Source: Myxococcota bacterium
Lineage (GTDB): Bacteria; Myxococcota_A; UBA9160; JAFDDA01
DNA length: 64,000 bases
Direction of reading: 5' to 3'
NCBI GenBank assembly: GCA_965228475.1
Contig: OZ245817.1
Span: forward strand, 2,336,001-2,400,000
Under the pieces are notes generated by a model. That model had not been told where the DNA came from and did not search any database. It saw only the letters and a list, made by a program, of their open reading frames with translations. A program made the position numbers and the translations under genes. Shown here in pieces: positions 26,903-36,091 of this stretch (positions are counted from its first letter, which is position 1; each line of letters begins with the position of its first letter).

Positions 26903-27043
26903 GATCGGGACTCCCGCGCGTCCGGCGCGCGGAGCCCGGGCATCGGGCGGCACGGCCGGAGTTGGTCCCTGGGAAGTGGTCGGAGGGGGGCCGTTGTGGC
27001 AACCGATCGGCAAAGAACGGGCAAACCCCGGGGGATCGGCGGG

Positions 27044-27517
27044 CTAGGGGAGGGGGCCCCGGAGGCGGACGCCCGAGGCCGTGAAGGCGACCTCGCGCTG
27101 CGGGCCGACGATCGAGGCCGGGTCCCCGTCGCGGGATTCCTCCTCGTAGTGGCGCGCGCGGTCCTCGGAGATCGTCTTCACCGTGACCACGCCCTCCGCC
27201 TGGGCGCGAGCCCCGACGGCGTCGGGCGGCAGGAAGAAGCCGTAGCCGAGGAAGCGGATGCGGATGTGCTCGCCGCCCTCGCGCAGGACCGTCCAGCAGC
27301 CCTTCTTCTGACAGACGTCGACGAGCGTTCCCGAGAGGAGGATGGGCTTCTCGGTGAAGGTCTCCGGCGCGCGGAGGACGTCGGCGAGGGGCGTCGCCTC
27401 GGAGAGCGTCGGCGGGGCGCCGAAGTACCGGACCGGCGGCGCCTCGGCCGTGGCCGCGACCGCAACGAGCGTGGCGCTCAGAAACCCGAGGAGGCCGAGC
27501 CGAGTTCGTCTTCGCAT
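27044..27517 (-). CDS. DUF4920-family protein
   Basis: Signal peptide, DVCQKKGCW, RIRFLGYGFFLP, RHYEEE and FTASGV. Confidence 0.85.
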   Translation of the reverse strand: MRRRTRLGLLGFLSATLVAVAATAEAPPVRYFGAPPTLSEATPLADVLRAPETFTEKPILLSGTLVDVCQKKGCWTVLREGGEHIRIRFLGYGFFLPPDAVGARAQAEGVVTVKTISEDRARHYEEESRDGDPASIVGPQREVAFTASGVRLRGPLP

Positions 27518-27683
27518 GGGGCGAGACTAGCAGCCGCCGCAGAGCCTTCTTGAACCGAGGAAGGGCCGAGAGGTGAGGGGGAGCCCCCGCGCGCTGAATT
27601 CCGCGGGGCGAAGCCCGGTCGAAGGTCGGAACCGGGCCCGCTCCGCGTAGGATGGGGCCGGCACCACTTCGCTGGGAGACCCC

Positions 27684-28889
27684 ATGAGCCACCCGAATCG
27701 ACGGATCCGACGCCTCTTCGCAACGGCCTTCGCCCTCGCCGCGGGCCTCCTGTTCGCCACCGCGGCCATCGCCGCCGGCCCCAAGGCCACGGCCCAGCCC
27801 ACCGGGCGCACCATCGCGCCGCGCGCGCTCGCCTGCGTTCCGCCGCTCGTCGCGAGCCCCGATGGCAAGGGCTGCGTCTGCCCCGAGGGCACGAAGCCGA
27901 GCGGGAACCAGTGCGTCCCCGCGCCGGGCATGCGCGCGATCCAGCCGCGGGGCGGCCTCCAGAAGAAGGCGCCGACGATGATCGAAGCCGTCCCGCAGCG
28001 CGACGGCACGCTCGCTCCGAAGCGCAGCGGCATGGACGGCCCGAGCGCCGTCATGCAGAAGAACCGCGGGCTCACGCGCATGACGACGCGGGCGGGCGAG
28101 TTCGGCACGCTGCTCGAGGTGCGTCAGATGTCCGGCGACGTCATGACCGCCTGGGGCATCACCCACGCCATCCAGACCCCGCAGCAGCTCACCTTCCGCT
28201 GGACCACCCAGGCCGCGAACCCGGCCTCCGCGCGCCAGCGCATCACCGGCCTCACCTCGAACGGTTCGCCCGTCGTGCTCCAGGACAGCATGGCGCCGCT
28301 GCCGACCGGGCCGTATGCCTTCTTCAACTTCCCGTTCCCGTCCGGCTTCGAGAGCTTCATCGTCCAGGTCACCGTCATCGACGGCGGCGGCCAGGAGATC
28401 CAGAGCGTTCCCGTCCACATCACCTACGGCGCACCGACCGGGCCGACCCCGCGCATCAGCATGCCGCAGATCATTCTCACCATCACCGAGATCCACATGA
28501 TCGACGACAGCGACCTGCACGGGAGCGGCGAGGTCGACTTCTGCGCCTGGGCCACCTGGACGGGCGGAAGCACCGGCCAGACGATCTTCTCGAACGACGA
28601 CATCGCCTCGGGCGCGAGCTTCAACCCCAACGCGACCGTCGTGGTCGACGCGACGCCCCAGAACCTGACGCTCCACGTCAAGGGCCGCGACAGCGACACC
28701 CAGAGCTTCACCACCGTCGGCTGCGAAGGCGACACCAGCGACTACGACTTCGCCACCGGCCAACGCCACATCCACATCGGCCCCGCCGCCGCCGACACCC
28801 CGGCCCACGCCTTCACCGACTTCCCCGTGCACGGCACCGAGGACCTCGAGTTCGTGGTGAAGGGGACGTGGAAGGTGAAGACGCCTTAG
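27684..28889 (+). CDS. Secreted protein with Cys-rich N-terminal module and putative C2-like C-terminal domain
   Basis: Signal peptide, CVPPLVASPDGKGCVCPEGTKPSGNQCVP, and IHMIDDSDLHGSGEVDF...VKGRDSD. Confidence 0.7.
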   Translation: MSHPNRRIRRLFATAFALAAGLLFATAAIAAGPKATAQPTGRTIAPRALACVPPLVASPDGKGCVCPEGTKPSGNQCVPAPGMRAIQPRGGLQKKAPTMIEAVPQRDGTLAPKRSGMDGPSAVMQKNRGLTRMTTRAGEFGTLLEVRQMSGDVMTAWGITHAIQTPQQLTFRWTTQAANPASARQRITGLTSNGSPVVLQDSMAPLPTGPYAFFNFPFPSGFESFIVQVTVIDGGGQEIQSVPVHITYGAPTGPTPRISMPQIILTITEIHMIDDSDLHGSGEVDFCAWATWTGGSTGQTIFSNDDIASGASFNPNATVVVDATPQNLTLHVKGRDSDTQSFTTVGCEGDTSDYDFATGQRHIHIGPAAADTPAHAFTDFPVHGTEDLEFVVKGTWKVKTP

Positions 28890-29027
28890 GGCGCCAGCCT
28901 TCGTTCGCGCCGGCTCGTAATTGAGATGCCGCCCGATCCGTGAGGCGGGCTTTGGCGTTTCCATGCCACGGCGGGGGCGCTGAAGTCCACCTATCGCCTA
29001 GACGATTCCTGCCACGGAGGCCTCTAG

Positions 29028-29696
29028 GTGAAGCGTCGAGTCCTATGCGCGGTCCTGGCATGCATGATTCCGAATGTGGGGGATGCACTCGTCATTGACG
29101 ACTTCGAGGCGGGGGCCATCTCGCGGGGGACCCGAGGCAGCCTGACGCAGAGCATGCTTCCGACCGATCACGTGCTTGGGGGGACCCGGGAGATCAACCT
29201 GGGCCGGGCGCCGTCGTATTCCCTGGAGCTGACGGATGGTGATGATGGGCTCGAGTTCGCGCGAGAGTTCATGCCTACGATGTTGGCTGAGTTCCTCTAC
29301 CGGATTCCGTTGGGTGCGGACCTGGCCCCGAGCGGGGAAGATCGGTTCTTGATTCGGGCCGACTATCTGCTTCCGGATGTGTTCAACCGGAGGCTCGCGG
29401 TGGCGGTGCGAGACGGGAACGGCGGACTGTCGAATGCCGTCATCGATCCTTTCGAGCCCGGGGTGATCGAGATCCCCTTCGCGTCGCTCTCTCATCCGAC
29501 GGGCGTTGCTGCAGACCTCTCGGCCGCGGTCGTGGTCTTCGTCCAATTTGCCGCTTCGCTCAGGGACACCGGAGTGCCCGGGGCCCCGGGCCTGCTCATC
29601 TCGGACATCCGGACCGTCCCCGAGCCACAAGCCGCGCTGGTCGTTACCCTGACCTTCCTGTCCTTCTTGGTGCTTCGTCAGCCTCGTCACCGGTAG
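29028..29696 (+). CDS. PEP-CTERM-like surface protein
   Basis: Signal-like N-terminus, ALVIDDF start of the mature protein, C-terminal VPEPQAALVVTLTFLSFLVLRQPRHR. Codon usage is less GC-biased. Confidence 0.72.
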   Translation: MKRRVLCAVLACMIPNVGDALVIDDFEAGAISRGTRGSLTQSMLPTDHVLGGTREINLGRAPSYSLELTDGDDGLEFAREFMPTMLAEFLYRIPLGADLAPSGEDRFLIRADYLLPDVFNRRLAVAVRDGNGGLSNAVIDPFEPGVIEIPFASLSHPTGVAADLSAAVVVFVQFAASLRDTGVPGAPGLLISDIRTVPEPQAALVVTLTFLSFLVLRQPRHR

Positions 29697-29706
29697 AGTC
29701 CGCTTG

Positions 29707-30597
29707 TCAGAAAGCTCCGTGGGCCGCGCTCCAGCACGATACGACGAGGGCGGCGCCCGCCGCACCGGCCAGCCATTGGCCGGGACGTGGCGGCGGTTCG
29801 GGAAAGGCCCACCCGGCCAACGGGCCGGCCATGCATCCGGCGAAGAATCCGAAGAAGTGGGCCGAGAGATCCGTGCGCGGGCTCATCCCCGTCATGGCGA
29901 GCAGTCCGAAGGCCGCGGCGAAGGGCAGCCAGGCCCGTCCGCCCGCGAAACCCTGCCGCCTGCGCCGGACCACGCCGACACCGCCGAGGATGCCGACCGC
30001 CGCGAAGACCGCGGTGGATGCGCCCACCGAGATGTGGTGCGAACCGTAGAGCATGGCGTTCGCGTAGTTCCCCGCGGCACCGGCAAGCAGCACCAGCAAC
30101 GACCCGATGCCCGCGCCGAGCATCCCGCAGACCGCGGCGAGGAAGAGGGTTCCGGCCAGGACGTTCGAGAGCAGGTGGGGGAGGTCGGCGTGAAGGGTCA
30201 GGGCCGTGACGGTCCGGAAGAGATCGCCGGCGAGGATGCGCGCGGCATCCGCGCTGCCGGACTCGAACCACGGCCCGCCCGCCTGGCGCGGGCCCGAGAC
30301 CAGGAAGACGGCGAGCAGCGCGATCGAGAGGGTAATGCCCGGCTGGAAATCTAGCGGCGGGGGAGGGGCTTGGTTCTTGGGCGGATCGTCTTGGTGCTCG
30401 AGCGTCCACTCGTCGATCGCGCTTCGGGCTCGCTCGGCTTCGTCCCCGCGCACGGTGACGACGAGCCCACCGTCCCGAGCGCGGATGCGCGGTGCGAGGC
30501 CGATGGCCACGAGCACCAGCGCGTACTCGTCCGCCTGTCCGCGACTGGAAACGGCGCAGACCTCGACCTCGGCCGGGGTCCGATCGTGCGGATCCAT
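29707..30597 (-). CDS. Rhomboid-family intramembrane serine protease with N-terminal soluble domain
   Basis: FRTVTALTLHADLPHLLSN, VGASTAVF (GxS), and DLSAHFFG (catalytic His). Confidence 0.9.
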   Translation of the reverse strand: MDPHDRTPAEVEVCAVSSRGQADEYALVLVAIGLAPRIRARDGGLVVTVRGDEAERARSAIDEWTLEHQDDPPKNQAPPPPLDFQPGITLSIALLAVFLVSGPRQAGGPWFESGSADAARILAGDLFRTVTALTLHADLPHLLSNVLAGTLFLAAVCGMLGAGIGSLLVLLAGAAGNYANAMLYGSHHISVGASTAVFAAVGILGGVGVVRRRRQGFAGGRAWLPFAAAFGLLAMTGMSPRTDLSAHFFGFFAGCMAGPLAGWAFPEPPPRPGQWLAGAAGAALVVSCWSAAHGAF

Positions 30598-30686
30598 GGG
30601 AGAAGGCTAGCCCCCTCTGCGCTGACTCCGGAGAGGGAACGCTCCCCAGCCAGGGCCGGGAGGTCTCCGAGGCCGTCTTCGTGCAG

Positions 30687-31451
30687 CTACTTTCCGCCGG
30701 TCTGATCCGGGCGCCGCTGCCTAGAACCCTCGCCGCCAAACCTTGCGGCCACCATCGATGGCTCCGAGCGGGGCGTCATCCAAAGCAGCGCGATCGCGAC
30801 CAGCGCGTACAGCGTCGAGGCCTCGGGTTCCGGCACGACGACCGACACGGCGCCCGGAGCGAAGTCGAGCCTGGCCACGTACTGACCGTCTCCGGAGAGC
30901 GACAGGGAGCCTTCTTCGTACCGCAGGGCTGCTCCGAACTCGTGCACGGTCCTGTAGTCGAACGGGCCGGGTCCGATCTTGATCGAACGACTGATCACGA
31001 GTTCGGGATCCTCGAAGATGGTCCCTGTCGAGCTCAGATGCAATCCCAGCAAGGAGATCGGCCTTCCGTCGAGCATGGAGATGCTCGGCGAGGAGTCGTT
31101 CACAGAAATCATGTCCGTCTTGACGGAGCCCCCGAAAGTGAAGATGCCGATCTCGTTGAGGCTCAGGCTCGCGTTGCGCAAGTCGAACGAGAGCCCGGCG
31201 GCCTGAAGCTCCACGACCCCCGACGAAAGGACGTAGAAGGTCGAGATCCCGCTCCCCCCCGGAACGGTCGGCTCCCGCTCGACATACTCGAAGGAGATCC
31301 GGATCGGGTCGCCCACCGAGAACCTGCTGCCGAACGCAAGCGGCACCGAGGAGACCGTTGTCTCCACAGCCACCTGGATCGTGGCCGCGTGGCTCAGCAC
31401 GGGGAGAAGGAGCGTCGCGCAAGCAGCGACCAGGGAGCGAATAGGGAGCAT
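30687..31451 (-). CDS. PEP-CTERM-like surface protein with extended tail
   Basis: SD AGGGAGG, signal peptide (SHA), VPEPEASTLYALVAIALLWM followed by about 30 extra residues. Confidence 0.65.
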   Translation of the reverse strand: MLPIRSLVAACATLLLPVLSHAATIQVAVETTVSSVPLAFGSRFSVGDPIRISFEYVEREPTVPGGSGISTFYVLSSGVVELQAAGLSFDLRNASLSLNEIGIFTFGGSVKTDMISVNDSSPSISMLDGRPISLLGLHLSSTGTIFEDPELVISRSIKIGPGPFDYRTVHEFGAALRYEEGSLSLSGDGQYVARLDFAPGAVSVVVPEPEASTLYALVAIALLWMTPRSEPSMVAARFGGEGSRQRRPDQTGGK

Positions 31452-31529
31452 CGGATCGGGCCTCCCTGTTGAGTGGCTGCCCGACCGTCCGAATCGCGCG
31501 TGCCGCGGCACGTGCTTGATCCCTGAAAG

Positions 31530-31565
31530 AAAAAGCCCCCGGAACCACAAGGATTCCGAGGGCTT
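31530..31565 (-). terminator. Intrinsic terminator downstream of tRNA
   Basis: Minus strand reads AAGCCCTCGGAA...TTCCGGGGGCTTTTT. Confidence 0.7.
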
Positions 31566-31568
31566 GAT

Positions 31569-31645
<77 letters not shown>

Positions 31646-31665
31646 GCAAGATCTCTGGTGGCGGC

Positions 31666-31693
31666 AAGATAGGCGAGAAGGGGCGCGCGTCAA
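31666..31693 (-). promoter_or_regulatory. Sigma-70-like promoter of the tRNA
   Basis: Minus strand TTGACG-16 nt-TATCTT followed by a GC-rich discriminator. Confidence 0.6.
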
Positions 31694-31800
31694 GCGCGCG
31701 GGATTGCGTGCGAGATGCGAGCGCTTGGGGGCGCAACCCCCCGGCACTTCGACATTTTTCCGTTTCTGGGGCCACTCCCTTCCAGAACCGGAGGAGCACC

Positions 31801-32364
31801 ATGCGCATCCTGAACCACCCGCTGACCCTGGGCCTCGCTGCGGCCGTCGCCATCACCGGCGTCGCGCTGCCCGCCGCGGCCGGATCCTTCTACCGCTACG
31901 AAACCGAGACCGGCGGCATCGCCTACACGGACGACGCCAAGCGCATCCCCGCCCGCTACCGCGACGCGGCCGAGCACGTCACGACGAAGAGCCTCGAGAG
32001 CTTCGAGCGCTTCACGCCGATGGCGCCCTCACAGCCCGCGCCCTACGCGGCGCGCCTCGGCGACCGGCTCGACCATCTGCGATCGATGAATGCCACGCCC
32101 GACGAGAGCAGGTTGGCCTCGCAGGGAGGGCAGCCGAGCGTCACGATTCGCTCGAGTGGTCGTTCGAATGTGGTCGAGACCACGACGCCCCATGGCGCCG
32201 ACGGTCCGACCGTCGTCGATACCGTTCGCGTACGACCCCGGGGCTCGAACATCACCGAGTCTTGGACCGTCGTTCGCCAGGGCGACAAGATCATCTCCGT
32301 CGTCCAGCCGCGCAGCCGACAGCAGGACTCGCGCTGGATCAAGGAGAGCGATCTCCTCGAGTAG
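31801..32364 (+). CDS. Secreted DUF4124-like protein
   Basis: SD GGAGGAG, signal peptide, FYRYETETGGIAYTDDAKRIPARYR. Confidence 0.75.
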   Translation: MRILNHPLTLGLAAAVAITGVALPAAAGSFYRYETETGGIAYTDDAKRIPARYRDAAEHVTTKSLESFERFTPMAPSQPAPYAARLGDRLDHLRSMNATPDESRLASQGGQPSVTIRSSGRSNVVETTTPHGADGPTVVDTVRVRPRGSNITESWTVVRQGDKIISVVQPRSRQQDSRWIKESDLLE

Positions 32365-32389
32365 CGTACCGTCCAAGCTGAACCTGCTG

Positions 32390-32426
32390 ACCCCGCGGTC
32401 TCTCCGAGTCCGCGGGGTTTCTTTTC
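32390..32426 (+). terminator. Intrinsic terminator
   Basis: ACCCCGCGG-loop-CCGCGGGGT followed by TTCTTTTC, between convergent genes. Confidence 0.75.
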
Positions 32427-32434
32427 GTTGAGAC

Positions 32435-33205
32435 TCAGGCGTCGATCAGGGACGGCGCCTCGGCCGTGTGCAGCGCGGGCGTCCGCTCGTAGACGAAGCT
32501 CTCGAGCTTGCGGGCGTCGCGTCCGTCGAGTTCGACGAAGCGCATGCCGAGGCCCATGCCGAAGGGCGAGTTCTCGGTGCCGTGCCACACGACCATGGCG
32601 GTCGGGCTGAGCGCCTCGCGCAGCTCCGGGAGCTGGAACTGGACGCGCCACTCGCTGTGGGTCGGCAGGCGGAGGTCGGTGCGCACGAAGACGCCGCCGC
32701 GCGAGAGGTTCACGGTGCGCACGCGGGCGGTCTTCTCGGAGAGGTAGATCGTGAGCGGCGCGTTCACGTCGACGCGGGGCAGGCCGCGCACGGTGGGCGA
32801 GGCGAGGAAGCGGGTCACCGTCGCGAGCAGCTCGACACGCTGGAGCGGCTTGATCAGGACGTCGTCGGCGCCCGCGCGCACGGCGCGCACGCGGTCCACG
32901 GGCGCGTCGCTCGGAAGCAGCATCACGAAGTGGGTCCCGGCGATCTCCGGGTCGGCCCGGACGGCGCGGCAGAGATCCACGCCGTCGGTGCCGGGCATGT
33001 CGAGGTCCGAGAGCACGAGCTTCGGGCGCTCGCGGCGGATGGTCTCGAGCGCTTCCGCGCCGCTGGCCGCCTGGAGCACGCGCCCGGCGCGGGCGAGGAA
33101 GAGGCTCGTCAGGTCGCGCATCATCGGGATGTCGTCGACGACGAGAATGGAGCGGGAGTCCACGGCAGCGCTGTCTTGCGGGGGGCCGTCAGGCCTTTCG
33201 CTCAT
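32435..33205 (-). CDS. Response regulator receiver plus PilZ domain protein
   Basis: ILVVDD, SDLDMP and LIKP (REC); RGLPR and NLSRGG (PilZ RxxxR and NxSxxG); GLGMRF. Confidence 0.88.
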   Translation of the reverse strand: MSERPDGPPQDSAAVDSRSILVVDDIPMMRDLTSLFLARAGRVLQAASGAEALETIRRERPKLVLSDLDMPGTDGVDLCRAVRADPEIAGTHFVMLLPSDAPVDRVRAVRAGADDVLIKPLQRVELLATVTRFLASPTVRGLPRVDVNAPLTIYLSEKTARVRTVNLSRGGVFVRTDLRLPTHSEWRVQFQLPELREALSPTAMVVWHGTENSPFGMGLGMRFVELDGRDARKLESFVYERTPALHTAEAPSLIDA

Positions 33206-33765
33206 TGCGTTCCGCGGGAGCCCCCCGGCGCGGCCTTGGCCGGCGCCTGGCTGCCGCTCGTCCCCGAAGGCTCGATGGCGATGCCGAGCACGCGCTGGAA
33301 GCTCGTGAGGTCCGGCGAGACGTTCCAGCCCGAGCGGCCGCCGCTCGTCCAGGACTGCTCCTCGACGATGCGCTGCTCCACGAGCGTGCGCACGTCGTAC
33401 ACGTGGTAGACGACCTTCACGGTGGCGGTGTCGCCGCCCTCGTCGAAGAAGACCGGGCCGACGTCGAAGTCGGTGAAGCGCAGGCGCTGGAGGTCCGGAG
33501 CCAGGGCCAGGAACTCGGCGCGCTCCTCATCGGCGACGAAGCGGCTCGCCACCCCGAGCTCGCCCCAGCGAACCAGGTTGGCGTAGGTGCGCAGGCTGTC
33601 GTGGAAGGTCCCGTCGGTGTCCGCGACACTCGGCTGGTGCGTGCAGCCGGCGGCCAGCAGCAGGGCGGGCAGGGCGAGCCAGCGGCTGCCGCGTGCGATG
33701 CGTCGCGCAAGGTTCGTCCGCCCTTGGCTCGTCGGCTCCTGGCTCGTACGGGTTCGGTTCGTCAT
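33202..33765 (-). CDS. Hypothetical lipoprotein
   Basis: Lipobox LAAGC and YANLVRWG. Its stop overlaps the start of the REC-PilZ gene. Confidence 0.7.
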   Translation of the reverse strand: MTNRTRTSQEPTSQGRTNLARRIARGSRWLALPALLLAAGCTHQPSVADTDGTFHDSLRTYANLVRWGELGVASRFVADEERAEFLALAPDLQRLRFTDFDVGPVFFDEGGDTATVKVVYHVYDVRTLVEQRIVEEQSWTSGGRSGWNVSPDLTSFQRVLGIAIEPSGTSGSQAPAKAAPGGSRGTQ

Positions 33766-34004
33766 GGTTCCCTTCCTCGTGCGGCCTCGTGGCCATGCTC
33801 GTGTGGCCTCGTGGCCATGCGGGCGACCGGCAGACCGCGCCGAAGGCGCGCGCGCGCCGATAGCTTTCACTGGGGTCCGTATCGGCCGAACCGGGCCCGG
33901 ACTCCAGAGGGAACCGGCCGGAGGCAGCCAGGTTTTCCAAGGGTGCGGCGCGCCAGGGGAATCCGGCCCAGAATGGGCCGTTCGAATGGGTCGGGGAGGC
34001 GTTC

Positions 34005-35024
34005 GTGACACGGAGCCGGCGGGGCGGGAAGAGCGGCGGAGAAGGCCCGAGCGGGGCGGGCCGGGCCGGGCTCCGGCTCGGCTTCGACATCGGGGGGACC
34101 AAGGTCGCCGTGGCCCTCGGCGAAGGCGATCGGCTGCTCGCGCACCGGCGGGTGCCCTTTCCGGCGACGGGCGACCCGCGCGAAGACCTCGAGCGCATCA
34201 CGGATGCGGCCCGCGGCCTCCTGGCCGGCGCCGGCCGATCGGCGCGGCAGATCGAGGCGCTGGGGATCTCGGCCCCGGGCCCGCTCGACCCGGAAGCCGG
34301 CGTCATCCACAACCCGCCGAACCTGCCGGGCTGGCGGGACGTGCCGCTGACCGAATGGCTCGGCCAGTCCTTCGACGTGCCCGTCGCCCTCGAGAACGAC
34401 GCCGACGCCGCCGCCCTCGCCGAGTGGCGCTTCGGTGCGGCGCGCGGCGCACGCCACGCGGTCTACCTCACCATGTCGACGGGGGTCGGCGGGGGGCTCG
34501 TGCTCGGCGGGCGGCTGCACCGCGGGCAGGGGAGCGCCGGCGAGATCGGCCACGCCCCGATCGAGTGGGAGGGCGAGCCCTGCGTCTGCGGTCTCCGCGG
34601 GTGCCTCGAGGCCTACATCGGCGGCGCGGCCTGGACGCGTCGACTCCGCAAGGTCGCGCCCGAAGACGGCGCCGTGGCCGAAATGGCGGGCGGCCGCGAG
34701 GCCGTCTCGCCTGCGCACGTCCTGGCCGCCGCGCGCGAGCGCGACGCCTTCGCCCTCGAGGAGCTCGCGCGCTGGAACGGCTACCTCGCCCGCGGGATCG
34801 TCTGGCTGACGATGGTGCTCCAGCCCGAGGTCGTGGTGCTCGGCACGATCGCGACGGCCGCCGGCGAGGAACTCTGCTTCGCCCCGGTCCGCGAGGCGGT
34901 CGCCGCCCACGTCTGGCAGCGGGAGGGGATCGTCCCTCGCATCGTGCCCTCGGAGCTCGGCGATCTGCTCGGCGAGTACGCCGCGCTCGCCGCCGCGCCC
35001 GAGCCGGCCGGGCCGCCCCGCTAG
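34005..35024 (+). CDS. ROK-family sugar kinase (glucokinase-like)
   Basis: FDIGGTK, LENDADAAALAE, STGVGGG and GEIGH...CVCGLRGCLEAY. Confidence 0.92.
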   Translation: MTRSRRGGKSGGEGPSGAGRAGLRLGFDIGGTKVAVALGEGDRLLAHRRVPFPATGDPREDLERITDAARGLLAGAGRSARQIEALGISAPGPLDPEAGVIHNPPNLPGWRDVPLTEWLGQSFDVPVALENDADAAALAEWRFGAARGARHAVYLTMSTGVGGGLVLGGRLHRGQGSAGEIGHAPIEWEGEPCVCGLRGCLEAYIGGAAWTRRLRKVAPEDGAVAEMAGGREAVSPAHVLAAARERDAFALEELARWNGYLARGIVWLTMVLQPEVVVLGTIATAAGEELCFAPVREAVAAHVWQREGIVPRIVPSELGDLLGEYAALAAAPEPAGPPR

Positions 35025-36091
35025 GCCTCGCCGCCCTCGAGCTTCGCCCGCACGTCCTCGAGCAGCCGCATGTAGAAGCGCAGGTTGTGGAGCGAAGCGA
35101 GGCTCGCGCCGAGGGCCTCGCCCGTGTGGATCAGGTGGCGCAGGTAGGCGCGCGAGTGGCGCGCGCACACGGGGCAGTCGCAGGCGGGGTCCGGCGGCCC
35201 CTCGTCGTCCTTGAAGCGCGCGTTCTTGATGTGGAGGAGGCCCTCGCTCGTGAAGAGCACGCCGTGGCGGCCGTGGCGCGTCGGCAGCACGCAGTCGAAG
35301 AGGTCGACGCCGCGTTCGATCGCCGCGACGAGATCCTCCGGGCGCCCGAGCCCCATCAGGTAGCGGGGCTGATCGACCGGGAGTTCGGCGGTCGCTTCCG
35401 CGACCAGGTCCGCGCGCCGTTCGGGCTCCTCGCCGAGACCGAGCCCGCCGTGGGCGTAGCCGTCGAAGCCGATGGCGACGGTCGAGCGCGCGCTCTCGCG
35501 CCGCAGGGCCGCGTCCGCGCCGCCCTGGACGATCCCGAACACGCACTGGTCTGGCCGCTTGCGCGCCGCGGCCGCGCGCTCGGCCCAGCGCAGCGTGCGC
35601 TCGGTGGCCGCGCGGACCTCGGCGGCCTCCGCATCGATCGGCGGGCACTGGTCGAGCACCATGGCGACGTCCGGCCCGAGCGCCTCCTGGATGCCGACGA
35701 CCGACTCCGGCGTGAGCAGGCGCCGCGCGCCGTCGAGGGGCGATTGGAAGGTCACGCCTTCTTCGCGGAGCTTCATGCGGTCGCCGAGGGAGAAGACCTG
35801 GTAGCCGCCGCTGTCCGTGAGCCAGGGGCCGCGCCAGCCCGTGAAGCCGTGCAGACCGCCGAGCCCGCGCACGCGCTCTTCGCCCGGGCGCTCGTGCAGG
35901 TGGTAGGTGTTCGCGAGCAGGATCTGGGCGCCGATCCCTTCGAGCGCTTCCGGGCCGAGCCCGCGCACCGCGCCGTAGGTGGCGACGGGCATGAAGGCCG
36001 GCGTCTCGACCGTGCCGTGGGGCGTCGTGAAGCGGCCGCGCCGGGCCGCGCCCTTCGTCGCGAGGACCTCGAAGGAGAAGCCCTCTCTCAT
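35021..36091 (-). CDS. tgt: Queuine tRNA-ribosyltransferase
   Basis: TPAFMPVAT, LANTYHL, TDSGGYQVFSL, GIVQGG, RYLMG, FDCVLPTR and the Zn site CDCPVC...H. Confidence 0.97.
   Translation of the reverse strand: MREGFSFEVLATKGAARRGRFTTPHGTVETPAFMPVATYGAVRGLGPEALEGIGAQILLANTYHLHERPGEERVRGLGGLHGFTGWRGPWLTDSGGYQVFSLGDRMKLREEGVTFQSPLDGARRLLTPESVVGIQEALGPDVAMVLDQCPPIDAEAAEVRAATERTLRWAERAAAARKRPDQCVFGIVQGGADAALRRESARSTVAIGFDGYAHGGLGLGEEPERRADLVAEATAELPVDQPRYLMGLGRPEDLVAAIERGVDLFDCVLPTRHGRHGVLFTSEGLLHIKNARFKDDEGPPDPACDCPVCARHSRAYLRHLIHTGEALGASLASLHNLRFYMRLLEDVRAKLEGGEA

Noticed and set aside
24647..29030. Integron cassette array (attC sites between orphan genes)
   Set aside because: Genes alternate in orientation, the intergenic hairpins are unrelated to each other and lack RYYYAAC/GTTRRRY ends, and there is no intI.
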